Positions 48,242-55,697 of a DNA stretch of 64,000 bases are shown piece after piece (positions within the stretch are counted from its first letter, which is position 1; each line of letters opens with the position of its first letter). The stretch is from Allosphingosinicella sp. (lineage in GTDB: Bacteria > Pseudomonadota > Alphaproteobacteria > Sphingomonadales > Sphingomonadaceae), in contig DASVQS010000024.1 in the NCBI GenBank assembly GCA_036389015.1, positions 4,296 through 68,295 of the forward strand, in the 5' to 3' direction. The position numbers and the translations under genes are program-made. Under the pieces are notes generated by a model that was not told the origin of the DNA, made no database searches, and saw only the letters and a program-made list of their open reading frames with translations.

Positions 48242-49422
48242 TGGGCTCGCCATCGCCCGGCCAGGTCGGCGACGCCGCCGGCGGCCAGCAGGATGAGGTG
48301 GGCCAGGATCGGAGTCCGGTAGCGCCAGTCGAAATCCACCTGAACGAGGGCGTGGAAGATCGCGTAGGAGAGGACCGCCCCGAAGGCGGCCAGGAAGACC
48401 TTGCGCTCCGGCGCCGCGAAGCGCGTTCGTCCCCGCCACAAGGCGACGGCGAGCCAGCCGGCGAGAGCGTAGCAGGGCAGGAAGAAGAGCAGCTCGACGA
48501 GCCAGTGCGACGCGCTGAACACCGAGGCGCCGATGGCGAAGAAGTGGACAAAGCGGTTGGCCGAGATGAGCAGATAATCGGCCAGTGCCGCGGGCGGCGG
48601 ATGGTAGGTCTCGAGACGGGCGCTGACCACTTCGCCCTGGGCATAGCCGGCGGCGGTATCGTGGAAGGCGGCGGAAAGCATGTCCAGCGGCCACCGGCCG
48701 GGGTCCTGCACCAGCCAGGCGAAGGCCAGGGCCGCGACCGCGACGAGGATTGCCAGCGCGGCCAGGAGCGGCCCGCGCCGGATCGCGGTTCCGGTCTTCG
48801 ACAGATAGATCGCCCAGGCGAGATCGGGGATGAGGACCATCCCGGTCGGGCGGTAGAAGAGTCCCGCCGCGGCCGGCGCCATCACCGCCGCCCAGCCTTT
48901 CGAAGCTCCCAGGATTCTGGCGGAGGCGAGCGTGAAGATGCCGAAGGCGATGAGGACGAAGGTGGCGTCCGAGAGCACGAAGGGAACCCACATGAGCAGA
49001 TCGAAGCAGACGAGGTAGAGGAGCAGCGCGCCCCATGCCGCGAGGCCGCTTCCGGTCGTCCGGCCCGCCAGCCTCACGACGAGCAGGCCGAGCGTCACGT
49101 GAGCGGCGAGGTTGAGCGCGACCAGGGCCGTCGCCCAGGCCTCGCCGAACGCCAGCCTGAGGAGCGCCAGCAACGTCCCGAAAAGGGCGTAGAGGATCGC
49201 CGGAAAGCCGCCGCTCGCCTCGCCGATCAGCCTTTGATAGTCGAACCCGCTCTCGACCAGCCGCGCCGACCAGTAAGCGTATGCCCGGCTGTCCGGGGAC
49301 ATCGTCACTCCGGCGGCGAGGACGAAGGCGCCGTGGCAACCGGCTGCGAGCAGGGCCGCCACCCGCAGCGACGGCGCCTTCACGCCGGCGAGGCGAGCCA
49401 GGATCGATTCCCTCGCCCTCAT
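48238..49422 (-). CDS. Polytopic membrane protein, GT-C-like glycosyltransferase candidate
   Basis: 394 aa with about 10 hydrophobic segments. The first extracytoplasmic loop after TM1 carries SPDSRAYAYW (a D-[ES]-x-x-Y-type motif like ArnT/PMT/GtrC-class enzymes). Its ATG directly abuts the GT2 stop (TGAATG). Confidence 0.55.
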   Translation of the reverse strand: MRARESILARLAGVKAPSLRVAALLAAGCHGAFVLAAGVTMSPDSRAYAYWSARLVESGFDYQRLIGEASGGFPAILYALFGTLLALLRLAFGEAWATALVALNLAAHVTLGLLVVRLAGRTTGSGLAAWGALLLYLVCFDLLMWVPFVLSDATFVLIAFGIFTLASARILGASKGWAAVMAPAAAGLFYRPTGMVLIPDLAWAIYLSKTGTAIRRGPLLAALAILVAVAALAFAWLVQDPGRWPLDMLSAAFHDTAAGYAQGEVVSARLETYHPPPAALADYLLISANRFVHFFAIGASVFSASHWLVELLFFLPCYALAGWLAVALWRGRTRFAAPERKVFLAAFGAVLSYAIFHALVQVDFDWRYRTPILAHLILLAAGGVADLAGRWRAQ

Positions 49423-50454
49423 TCAGCAGGGCGAGCTCCGGCGCGAGAGAGGCTCGCGGGCGGCCCCGCGGGCGTCGTAGAGGCCGGCGGCCACGAGCAG
49501 GGCGAGGGCCATCAGGAGGCAGATCGCCGCTCCCTCGATCGCTCCAGCGCGGTCGGGCGCCTCGATCCACCAGCCGGCGAGGCCGACGGAAGCTGCGATC
49601 ATCGCCATCGCCGAGGCTAGCTTGATCGAGCCCGGGTTCCAGGGGCCCGCGAAATATTTCGCCCGCAGCCGGCGGACCAGGCGGCTCGCGGTCATGACGG
49701 CGAAGCGGGGCGCGACCCGGCGCAGGCTGAGGCTGCTTCCCGACCCCGGATAGCAGGCCGGAAGAGCGACGTCGGCGACGACGGCGTCGACCAGGTTCAG
49801 CCGGAACAGCATGTCGGTCTCGAAGAAGAAGCAGTCGGCCAGGGCCTCGATCCCCATCCGCTCCAGCGCCCGGGCGTGGACGGCGGTATAGCCGTTGGCC
49901 GGGTCGCCGATCCGCCAATAGCCGGTCGCAGCCTTGTGGAGGACGGAAAAGGCCATGTTGCCTAGCCGCCGGGCGGCCGGCATCGAGCTCAGGGCTCGAG
50001 GTGAGCTTCCAGACGGCATCAGCCGCGCCGGAGCGAAGCGATTGCCCTTGGCGTAGTCGGCCCGCCCGCCGAGGACCGGAGCGATCAGGCGCGGGATGTG
50101 GCGCGGATCCATCTGGCCGTCGGCGTCGAGCTTGACGACGATCTCCGCGCCGTCGGCAAGCGCGCGCGCATAGCCGCGCTTCATCGCTCCGCCGACGCCC
50201 AGGTTGCGATTGTTGTGGAGCACGACGACTCGCGGGTCGACGCTGTCTCTCAGCGTCCGGTCGCCGGTCGAGTCGGGGCAACCGTCGTCGACCACATAGA
50301 TATGCTCCACCTCCGGCCCGATTTCGCGAAGCACCGCCCCGATCGTCGCGGCGGCTCGAAACGAAGGAATGACCACCGCGACCGCTGGTCCTCGGGGGCC
50401 TTTTGGAAGGGCGGCGGCATTGACCGGCTCTCCGCCGGCGAACTCATCAAGCAA
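49423..50454 (-). CDS. Family 2 glycosyltransferase, polyprenyl-phosphate sugar synthase type (ArnC/GtrB/DPM1-like) with C-terminal TM helices
   Basis: 343 aa. VAVVIPSFRAAATIGAVL...YVVDDGCPD...KLDADGQMDP. Two C-terminal hydrophobic helices. The start codon is uncertain: TTG 50454, or a GTG near the VVIPSF motif. Confidence 0.8.
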   Translation of the reverse strand: MLDEFAGGEPVNAAALPKGPRGPAVAVVIPSFRAAATIGAVLREIGPEVEHIYVVDDGCPDSTGDRTLRDSVDPRVVVLHNNRNLGVGGAMKRGYARALADGAEIVVKLDADGQMDPRHIPRLIAPVLGGRADYAKGNRFAPARLMPSGSSPRALSSMPAARRLGNMAFSVLHKAATGYWRIGDPANGYTAVHARALERMGIEALADCFFFETDMLFRLNLVDAVVADVALPACYPGSGSSLSLRRVAPRFAVMTASRLVRRLRAKYFAGPWNPGSIKLASAMAMIAASVGLAGWWIEAPDRAGAIEGAAICLLMALALLVAAGLYDARGAAREPLSRRSSPC

Positions 50455-50634
50455 CTTCGTTCAATCCCCCCGCACCGCACGCCCCATACGGTGAAGTTTT
50501 TAACGTACATCAACTCTGCGAATCGGCTCCTAGCAGAAATGGACTCCCGGGCCAGCGTCTTGATGGCGCTCGCGGGACGCTTGCGACGAGACGAGGCTTG
50601 CGCGGAGGGGAGGGGATGGGGCTAAGGAACCGGG

Positions 50635-51408
50635 ATGTTCACCGACAGCCATTGCCATCTCAACTACAAGGGCCTGGTCGAGGGGCAGCAGGCGGTGCTC
50701 GAGCGCGCCCGGGCGGCGGGCGTCTCCGCCATGCTCAACATCTCGACCCGACAGTCCGAATGGGACGAGGTGATCGGCCTTGCCGAGGCCGAGCCCGACG
50801 TCTGGGCGTCGGTCGGGATCCATCCGCACGAGGCCGACTCCCATCCCGACGTCCAGGCCGCGACCCTGGTCGAGCGGGCGGCCCATCCCAGGGTGGTGGG
50901 GATCGGCGAGAGCGGCCTCGATTATTATTACGATCACAGCGACCGCGAGCGGCAGCGGACCAGCTTCCGCGCCCATATCGCCGCGGCGCGCGAGACCGGC
51001 CTGCCGGTCATCGTCCACACTCGGGAGGCCGAGGCGGACACCTACGCGATTCTGTCGGAGGAGATGGGGAAGGGGGCTTATTCGGGAGTGATCCACTGCT
51101 TCACGGCAAGCCGGGATTTCGCCGACAAGGCGCTGGGCCTCGGCCTTTACGTGTCCATTTCCGGAATCGTGACCTTCAAAAACGCCAGAGACCTGCAATC
51201 TTCGGCGATTATGATCCCTCCCGACCGCCTGCTCATCGAAACGGACGCCCCCTTTCTCGCCCCCGTGCCGCACCGCGGCCGCCCCTGCGAGCCGGCCTTC
51301 GTCGCCGACACCGCCCGCTTCCTGGCTCAGCTTAGAGGCGAGGCGGTCGAGGATCTGGCGGATCGGACGAGCGCCAACTTCCGCAATCTTTTCAACAAGG
51401 TTGCCTGA
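50635..51408 (+). CDS. tatD: TatD-family metal-dependent hydrolase
   Basis: 257 aa. MFTDSHCHLNY...GESGLDYYYD...VIVHTREA...IHCFT...ETDAPFLAP. Confidence 0.9.
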   Translation: MFTDSHCHLNYKGLVEGQQAVLERARAAGVSAMLNISTRQSEWDEVIGLAEAEPDVWASVGIHPHEADSHPDVQAATLVERAAHPRVVGIGESGLDYYYDHSDRERQRTSFRAHIAAARETGLPVIVHTREAEADTYAILSEEMGKGAYSGVIHCFTASRDFADKALGLGLYVSISGIVTFKNARDLQSSAIMIPPDRLLIETDAPFLAPVPHRGRPCEPAFVADTARFLAQLRGEAVEDLADRTSANFRNLFNKVA

Positions 51409-52172
51409 TGAAGGTGACAATCCTCGGAAGCGGTACATCGAGCGGAGTGCCGCGGGTCGGCAACGACTGGGGCCTGTGCGACCCGGCCAATCCGAAGAAT
51501 CGACGCCGCCGGGTCTCGATCCTGGTCACCCATCACAACGCCCGCATCCTCGTCGACACCGGGCCCGATCTTCGCGAGCAATTGCTCGACGCCAACGTCA
51601 CAGGGGTCGACGGGGTGATCTGGACCCACGACCATGCCGATCATTGCCACGGCATCGACGACCTTCGCCAGCTCTACCACGCCCGCGGCCAGCCGGTGAC
51701 CGGCTATGCCCGGCTCGAGACCCTCGAGAGCCTCAAGCACCGTTTCGCTTATGCCTTCGACGGCAAGAGCGGCTATCCAGCCGTCGCGACGGGCAATCTG
51801 CTGCCCGATCACATGAACCTGAACGGCATTTCCGTGCAGGTGGTGGACCAGCCCCACGGCGACATCACGACCGCCGGTCTGCGCTTCGACGCCGGCGGGT
51901 GCTCGATCGTCTATTCCACGGATTTCAACGAGTTGACGCCGGAGATGGAGATCCGATTTCAAGGCGTCGACCTGTGGATCGTCGACAGCCTGAGACGCCG
52001 GCCGCACCCCACCCACCCGCACCTCGATCTCGCCCTCGACTGGATCGCGCGGCTCCAGCCGAAGCGGGCGCTGCTGACCCATCTCGACAACAGCATGGAC
52101 TACGACACGCTGGTCGAGGAGCTCCCGCCGGGGGTCGAGCCCGCCTACGACGGCATGGAAATCGAGCTGTGA
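51408..52172 (+). CDS. MBL-fold metallo-hydrolase (PhnP/GloB-like)
   Basis: 254 aa. MKVTILGSGTSSGVPR...WTHDHADHCHGIDDL. TGATG junction with tatD. Confidence 0.85.
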   Translation: MKVTILGSGTSSGVPRVGNDWGLCDPANPKNRRRRVSILVTHHNARILVDTGPDLREQLLDANVTGVDGVIWTHDHADHCHGIDDLRQLYHARGQPVTGYARLETLESLKHRFAYAFDGKSGYPAVATGNLLPDHMNLNGISVQVVDQPHGDITTAGLRFDAGGCSIVYSTDFNELTPEMEIRFQGVDLWIVDSLRRRPHPTHPHLDLALDWIARLQPKRALLTHLDNSMDYDTLVEELPPGVEPAYDGMEIEL

Positions 52173-52765
52173 AGGACGGCGATCAGGCTCTCAGCCTGCT
52201 CTATCTGATCGGAGTGCTGGTGCTCGTGGTCAGCGCGCTGACGGTTCGCCGGATTCCGATCGGCCAGGGGCTCAAGATGTTCGCCGGCTGGGTTCTGATC
52301 TTCCTCGCCGCTTTCGTCGCCTACACGCTCAAGGACGATTTCACCGCGCTCGGCAAGCGAATCCTCTCCGAGGGCCGCGGCGAAGGCCAGACGGTCGCGG
52401 TCGGCAGGGAGCTTCGGATCCGCAAGTCGATGGACGGGCATTTCTGGGTCAACGGCGAGCTCAACGGCAGGAAAGTGCGCTTCCTGGTCGACAGCGGCGC
52501 CACCGTTACCAGCATCTCGGCCGCGACCGCGGCCCGGGGCGGCGTCGTCACAGGCGGCTTTCCGGTCATGGTTCAGACCGCCAACGGGGTCGTGCAGGCG
52601 CGGCGCGGCCGGGCGGAGCGCCTCAAGATCGGCTCGATCGAGCGCCGCGACCTCGCCGTCCACGTCTCCGAGACGTTCGGCGACACGGACGTGCTCGGAA
52701 TGAACTTCCTGTCCTCGCTTTCAGCCTGGGGGGTGGAAGGCCAGTGGCTGGTCCTCAAGCCATGA
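52169..52765 (+). CDS. Membrane-anchored retropepsin-like (clan AA) aspartic protease
   Basis: In frame within ORF 51401..52765. GTG 52169 overlaps the MBL stop (GTGA). Two N-terminal TM helices, then GHFWVNGELNGRKVRFLVDSGATVTSIS (DSGA active-site motif). Confidence 0.75.
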   Translation: MKDGDQALSLLYLIGVLVLVVSALTVRRIPIGQGLKMFAGWVLIFLAAFVAYTLKDDFTALGKRILSEGRGEGQTVAVGRELRIRKSMDGHFWVNGELNGRKVRFLVDSGATVTSISAATAARGGVVTGGFPVMVQTANGVVQARRGRAERLKIGSIERRDLAVHVSETFGDTDVLGMNFLSSLSAWGVEGQWLVLKP

Positions 52766-52851
52766 GCGAATTTTACATAATGTATATTATCGCACTTAAG
52801 GGCTAGCCTCTGTCCACTTCGTCCACTTCCCTGTCCGACCTCGTCGAGATC

Positions 52852-53634
52852 ATGCGCCGGCTTCGGGATCCGGAGAGCGGCTGCGAGTGGGACAGGGCTC
52901 AAAGCTTCGAGACGATCGCCCCTTATACGATCGAGGAAGCCTATGAGGTCGCGGACGCGATCGCCCGCGAGGATCTCGAGGCGCTGAAGGACGAGCTGGG
53001 CGACCTCCAGCTTCAGGTCGTCTACCATGCCCGGATGGCCGAGGAGATCGGCGCCTTCACGCTCGATGACGTCATGGCGTCGATCTGCGCCAAGATGATC
53101 CGCCGCCATCCGCACGTCTTCGGCGGCGAAGCGGCCAGCCCAGGCTGGGAGGCGCTCAAGGCGGCCGAGCGCAACGTCGAGGAGGACAAGAGCGCGCTTG
53201 CCGGAGTCGCCCTGGCTCTCCCCGCACTGAAGCGCGCCGAGAAGCTTCAGCGCAGGGCCGCGCGCATCGGCTTCGACTGGCCGGACGTCGCAGGGCCGCG
53301 CGCCAAGATCGACGAGGAACTCGGCGAGATCGATTCCGCGACCACAGCCGAAGAACGCGCCGCCGAGTTGGGCGATTTGCTGTTCAGCGTCGTCAATTTC
53401 GCCCGGCACCTTGAAATCGACCCTGAAACGGCGCTTCGCCAAGCCTCGGCGCGCTTCGAACAGCGTTTCCGCAAGGTGGAAGAAATAGCGGATAAGCCCT
53501 TGAAGGGTATGGATATCGAGGCGCTGGAGGCGCTTTGGCAGAGGGCGAAGACTCTTTGCCTCCCTATCGCCGGAGGGGATGGGGAGGGGGACCATGCGAA
53601 GCATGGTGGAGGGGTAAAAGGCGCTGACGATTAA
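52852..53634 (+). CDS. mazG: Nucleoside triphosphate pyrophosphohydrolase MazG
   Basis: 260 aa. MRRLRDPESGCEWDRAQSFETIAPYTIEEAYEVADAI...GDLLFSVVNFARH. The last ~25 codons are encoded by a family-B repeat. N-terminal similarity seems to continue upstream of the ATG (see findings). Confidence 0.88.
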   Translation: MRRLRDPESGCEWDRAQSFETIAPYTIEEAYEVADAIAREDLEALKDELGDLQLQVVYHARMAEEIGAFTLDDVMASICAKMIRRHPHVFGGEAASPGWEALKAAERNVEEDKSALAGVALALPALKRAEKLQRRAARIGFDWPDVAGPRAKIDEELGEIDSATTAEERAAELGDLLFSVVNFARHLEIDPETALRQASARFEQRFRKVEEIADKPLKGMDIEALEALWQRAKTLCLPIAGGDGEGDHAKHGGGVKGADD

Positions 53635-53723
53635 GGATCGCGCGAGAACCTCTCAAGCTGAGCCGTTACCCCTCCACCACCCTTCGGGTGGTCCCCTCCC
53701 CGCCGGCTTTGCCGGCAGGGAGG
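53559..53723. repeat. Palindromic repeat, family B (overlaps the mazG 3' end)
   Basis: CCTCCCTATCGCCGGAGGGGATGGGGAGGGGGACCATGCGAAGCATGGTGGAGGGGTAA ... TTACCCCTCCACCACCCTTCGGGTGGTCCCCTCCCCGCCGGCTTTGCCGGCAGGGAGG. Confidence 0.85.
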
Positions 53724-53727
53724 CAAA

Positions 53728-54963
53728 TCACGCCCGCTGCCGGCTCTGAAGCCTCGCCCAATCGGCGTCCGACAGGCGTACCTCGAACACCGTCTCCACT
53801 CCATCGGTGCTCTGGCTCTCGATGCGGCCGTTGGCGTGGAGCCAGGCGATCGCCTCGCCGTCCGAGGCGCCGAGCGTGACCGTGCGCAGCTTAGCGCCCT
53901 TGCTGAGCTTGGCCGAGGCGCATTCCAGCAGTCCGTCCAGCCCTTCGCCGGTCAGAGCGGAGATAAGGATCACGTCCTCGCGCCGAGCCGCCTCGGCCGC
54001 GACTCGCTCGCCCTCTTCCGCTTCGAGCAGGTCGGTCTTGTTCCAGGCCTCGACCAGCGGCGCCCCCCCTTCCCCTCCGGCGCCGATCTCCTTGAGGACG
54101 GCCTCGACGTCCTCGCGCTGGGCGTCGCTGTCGGGATGGGAGATGTCGCGGATGTGGACGATGAGGTCGGCCGAGATCACCTCCTCGAGCGTGGCCCGGA
54201 AGGCGGCGACGAGCTGGGTGGGAAGCTCGGAGATGAAGCCGACCGTGTCGGAGAGGATCGCCTTGTCGAAGCCGGGCAGCGGAATCTCGCGCATCGTCGG
54301 GTCGAGAGTGGCGAAGAGCAGGTTCTCGGCCATCACGTCGGCGTTGGTGAGCCGGTTGAACAGGGTCGACTTGCCGGCATTGGTGTAGCCGACGAGGGCG
54401 ATGACGGGCCAGGGCGCGCGCTGGCGGCGGGCGCGGTGGAGCGCCCGGGTGCGGGTGACCTGCTCCAGCTCCTTCCTGAGCTTGGCCATGCGGTCACGGA
54501 TCAGCCGGCGGTCGGCCTCGATCTGGGTCTCGCCGGGACCCCCGAGGAAGCCGAAGCCACCGCGCTGGCGTTCGAGGTGGGTCCAGCTCCTCACCAGCCG
54601 GCCCGCCTGATAGTCGAGGTGGGCGAGCTCGACCTGAAGCCGCCCTTCCGCGGTCGCCGCCCGCTCGCCGAATATCTCAAGGATGAGGCCGGTGCGGTCG
54701 ATCACCTTGGCCTTGGTCGCGGTCTCGAGATTCTTCTGCTGGATCGGAGTGATCGGAGCGTCGACGATGACCAGCTCGGCCTCGTCGCGGGCCACCGCCT
54801 CGGCGATCGATTCGACCTGCCCCGAGCCGAACAGGGTCGCGGGCTTGGGCGAGCGGATCCGGAAGTGGAGTCGGTCGGAGACTTCGACGCCGATCGCCTC
54901 GGCGAGGCCGGCGGCCTCGTCCAGGCGAGCGTCGACGTCGCGCCGTCCCCTCCCCGCCTTCAT
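53728..54963 (-). CDS. hflX: GTPase HflX
   Basis: 411 aa from the first ATG. GYTNAGKSTLFNRLT (G1), DTVGF (G3), NKTD (G4). Lies directly downstream of hfq. The true start may be CTG 55035 (see findings). Confidence 0.9.
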   Translation of the reverse strand: MKAGRGRRDVDARLDEAAGLAEAIGVEVSDRLHFRIRSPKPATLFGSGQVESIAEAVARDEAELVIVDAPITPIQQKNLETATKAKVIDRTGLILEIFGERAATAEGRLQVELAHLDYQAGRLVRSWTHLERQRGGFGFLGGPGETQIEADRRLIRDRMAKLRKELEQVTRTRALHRARRQRAPWPVIALVGYTNAGKSTLFNRLTNADVMAENLLFATLDPTMREIPLPGFDKAILSDTVGFISELPTQLVAAFRATLEEVISADLIVHIRDISHPDSDAQREDVEAVLKEIGAGGEGGAPLVEAWNKTDLLEAEEGERVAAEAARREDVILISALTGEGLDGLLECASAKLSKGAKLRTVTLGASDGEAIAWLHANGRIESQSTDGVETVFEVRLSDADWARLQSRQRA

Positions 54964-55031
54964 GTCGGGAAGAGCGACGATCGCTTTGGCGCCGCGGGTG
55001 AATTCGCCGTCGGCCGGTTGTTCGGAAAAGC

Positions 55032-55529
55032 TCAGGCGGCCGGCTCCTCGTCATCCTGCTCCATGAAGCTCACCGGCCGTTCCGGCTGCACGGTCGAGAT
55101 GGCGTGCTTGTAGACGAGCTGCGACAGTCCGTCGCGCTGGAGAAGCATGCAGAACAGATCGAAGGCCGCGATTTCTCCCTGAAGCATCACTCCGTTGACG
55201 AGAAACATGGTGACCGGCTCGCCGGAGCGGCGCACGGCGCCGAGGAACGCCTCCTGGAGGAGGGCCGGCTTCCTGCCGCCGCCGCCGTCCTCGAAGGCGC
55301 GCTCGATCTCGCCCATGTCGAGCGGATGCGCGGGCATGATCGTTGAGATAGCGTGCTTGTAGATGAGCTGGGCCTGGCCGTCGCGGCGAAGCAGCACCGA
55401 GAAATTGTCGAACCAGGTGATGATCCCCTGGAGCTTGACGCCCTTGACGAGGAACATGGTCACCGGAGTCTTCGACCGGCGAAGGCCGTTCAGGAACAGA
55501 TCCTGGAGGTTGTTGACCTTGTCGGCCAT
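55032..55529 (-). CDS. hfq: RNA chaperone Hfq with two tandem Sm/Hfq domains
   Basis: 165 aa. Domain 1: [59 protein letters not shown]. Domain 2: [59 protein letters not shown]. Acidic tail. Confidence 0.93.
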   Translation of the reverse strand: MADKVNNLQDLFLNGLRRSKTPVTMFLVKGVKLQGIITWFDNFSVLLRRDGQAQLIYKHAISTIMPAHPLDMGEIERAFEDGGGGRKPALLQEAFLGAVRRSGEPVTMFLVNGVMLQGEIAAFDLFCMLLQRDGLSQLVYKHAISTVQPERPVSFMEQDDEEPAA

Positions 55530-55697
55530 ATCCCACTCTCCTTATTGGCGGATCGTTGTCCGCTAAGGCGCCCGCGAAGGACGTCTTTCATAATGTGGAG
55601 CGTGCCTGCCCCGAAACAATAGCACTGGCGCCCTTCCCGCGCCAGCACCGGCCGCAAGCGGCTCTCCACCTTCACGCTCCGAGCCCCTTCAGGTTTC

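Noticed and set aside
48254-50281. N-terminal ~675 codons of the 963-aa ORF 47390..50281
   Set aside because: It is an out-of-frame overlap with the GT-C-like and GT2 genes, and its product is Arg/Pro/Gly low-complexity. Only the C-terminal ~283 aa carry NodB-deacetylase motifs.
52766-52800. AT-rich stretch TGAGCGAATTTTACATAATGTATATTATCGCACTT upstream of mazG, considered as an operator (near-palindrome TACATAATGTA)
   Set aside because: The sequence is short. The palindrome is imperfect and matches no regulator consensus I can name. Most simply it is a promoter -10 region or spacer, so it was not called.
55575-55600. Sigma-54-like GGCACG element upstream of hfq
   Set aside because: The -24-like GGCAC has no GC dinucleotide at the required 10-nt spacing (the sequence reads GGCACGCTCCACATT), so it does not fit the -24/-12 architecture.
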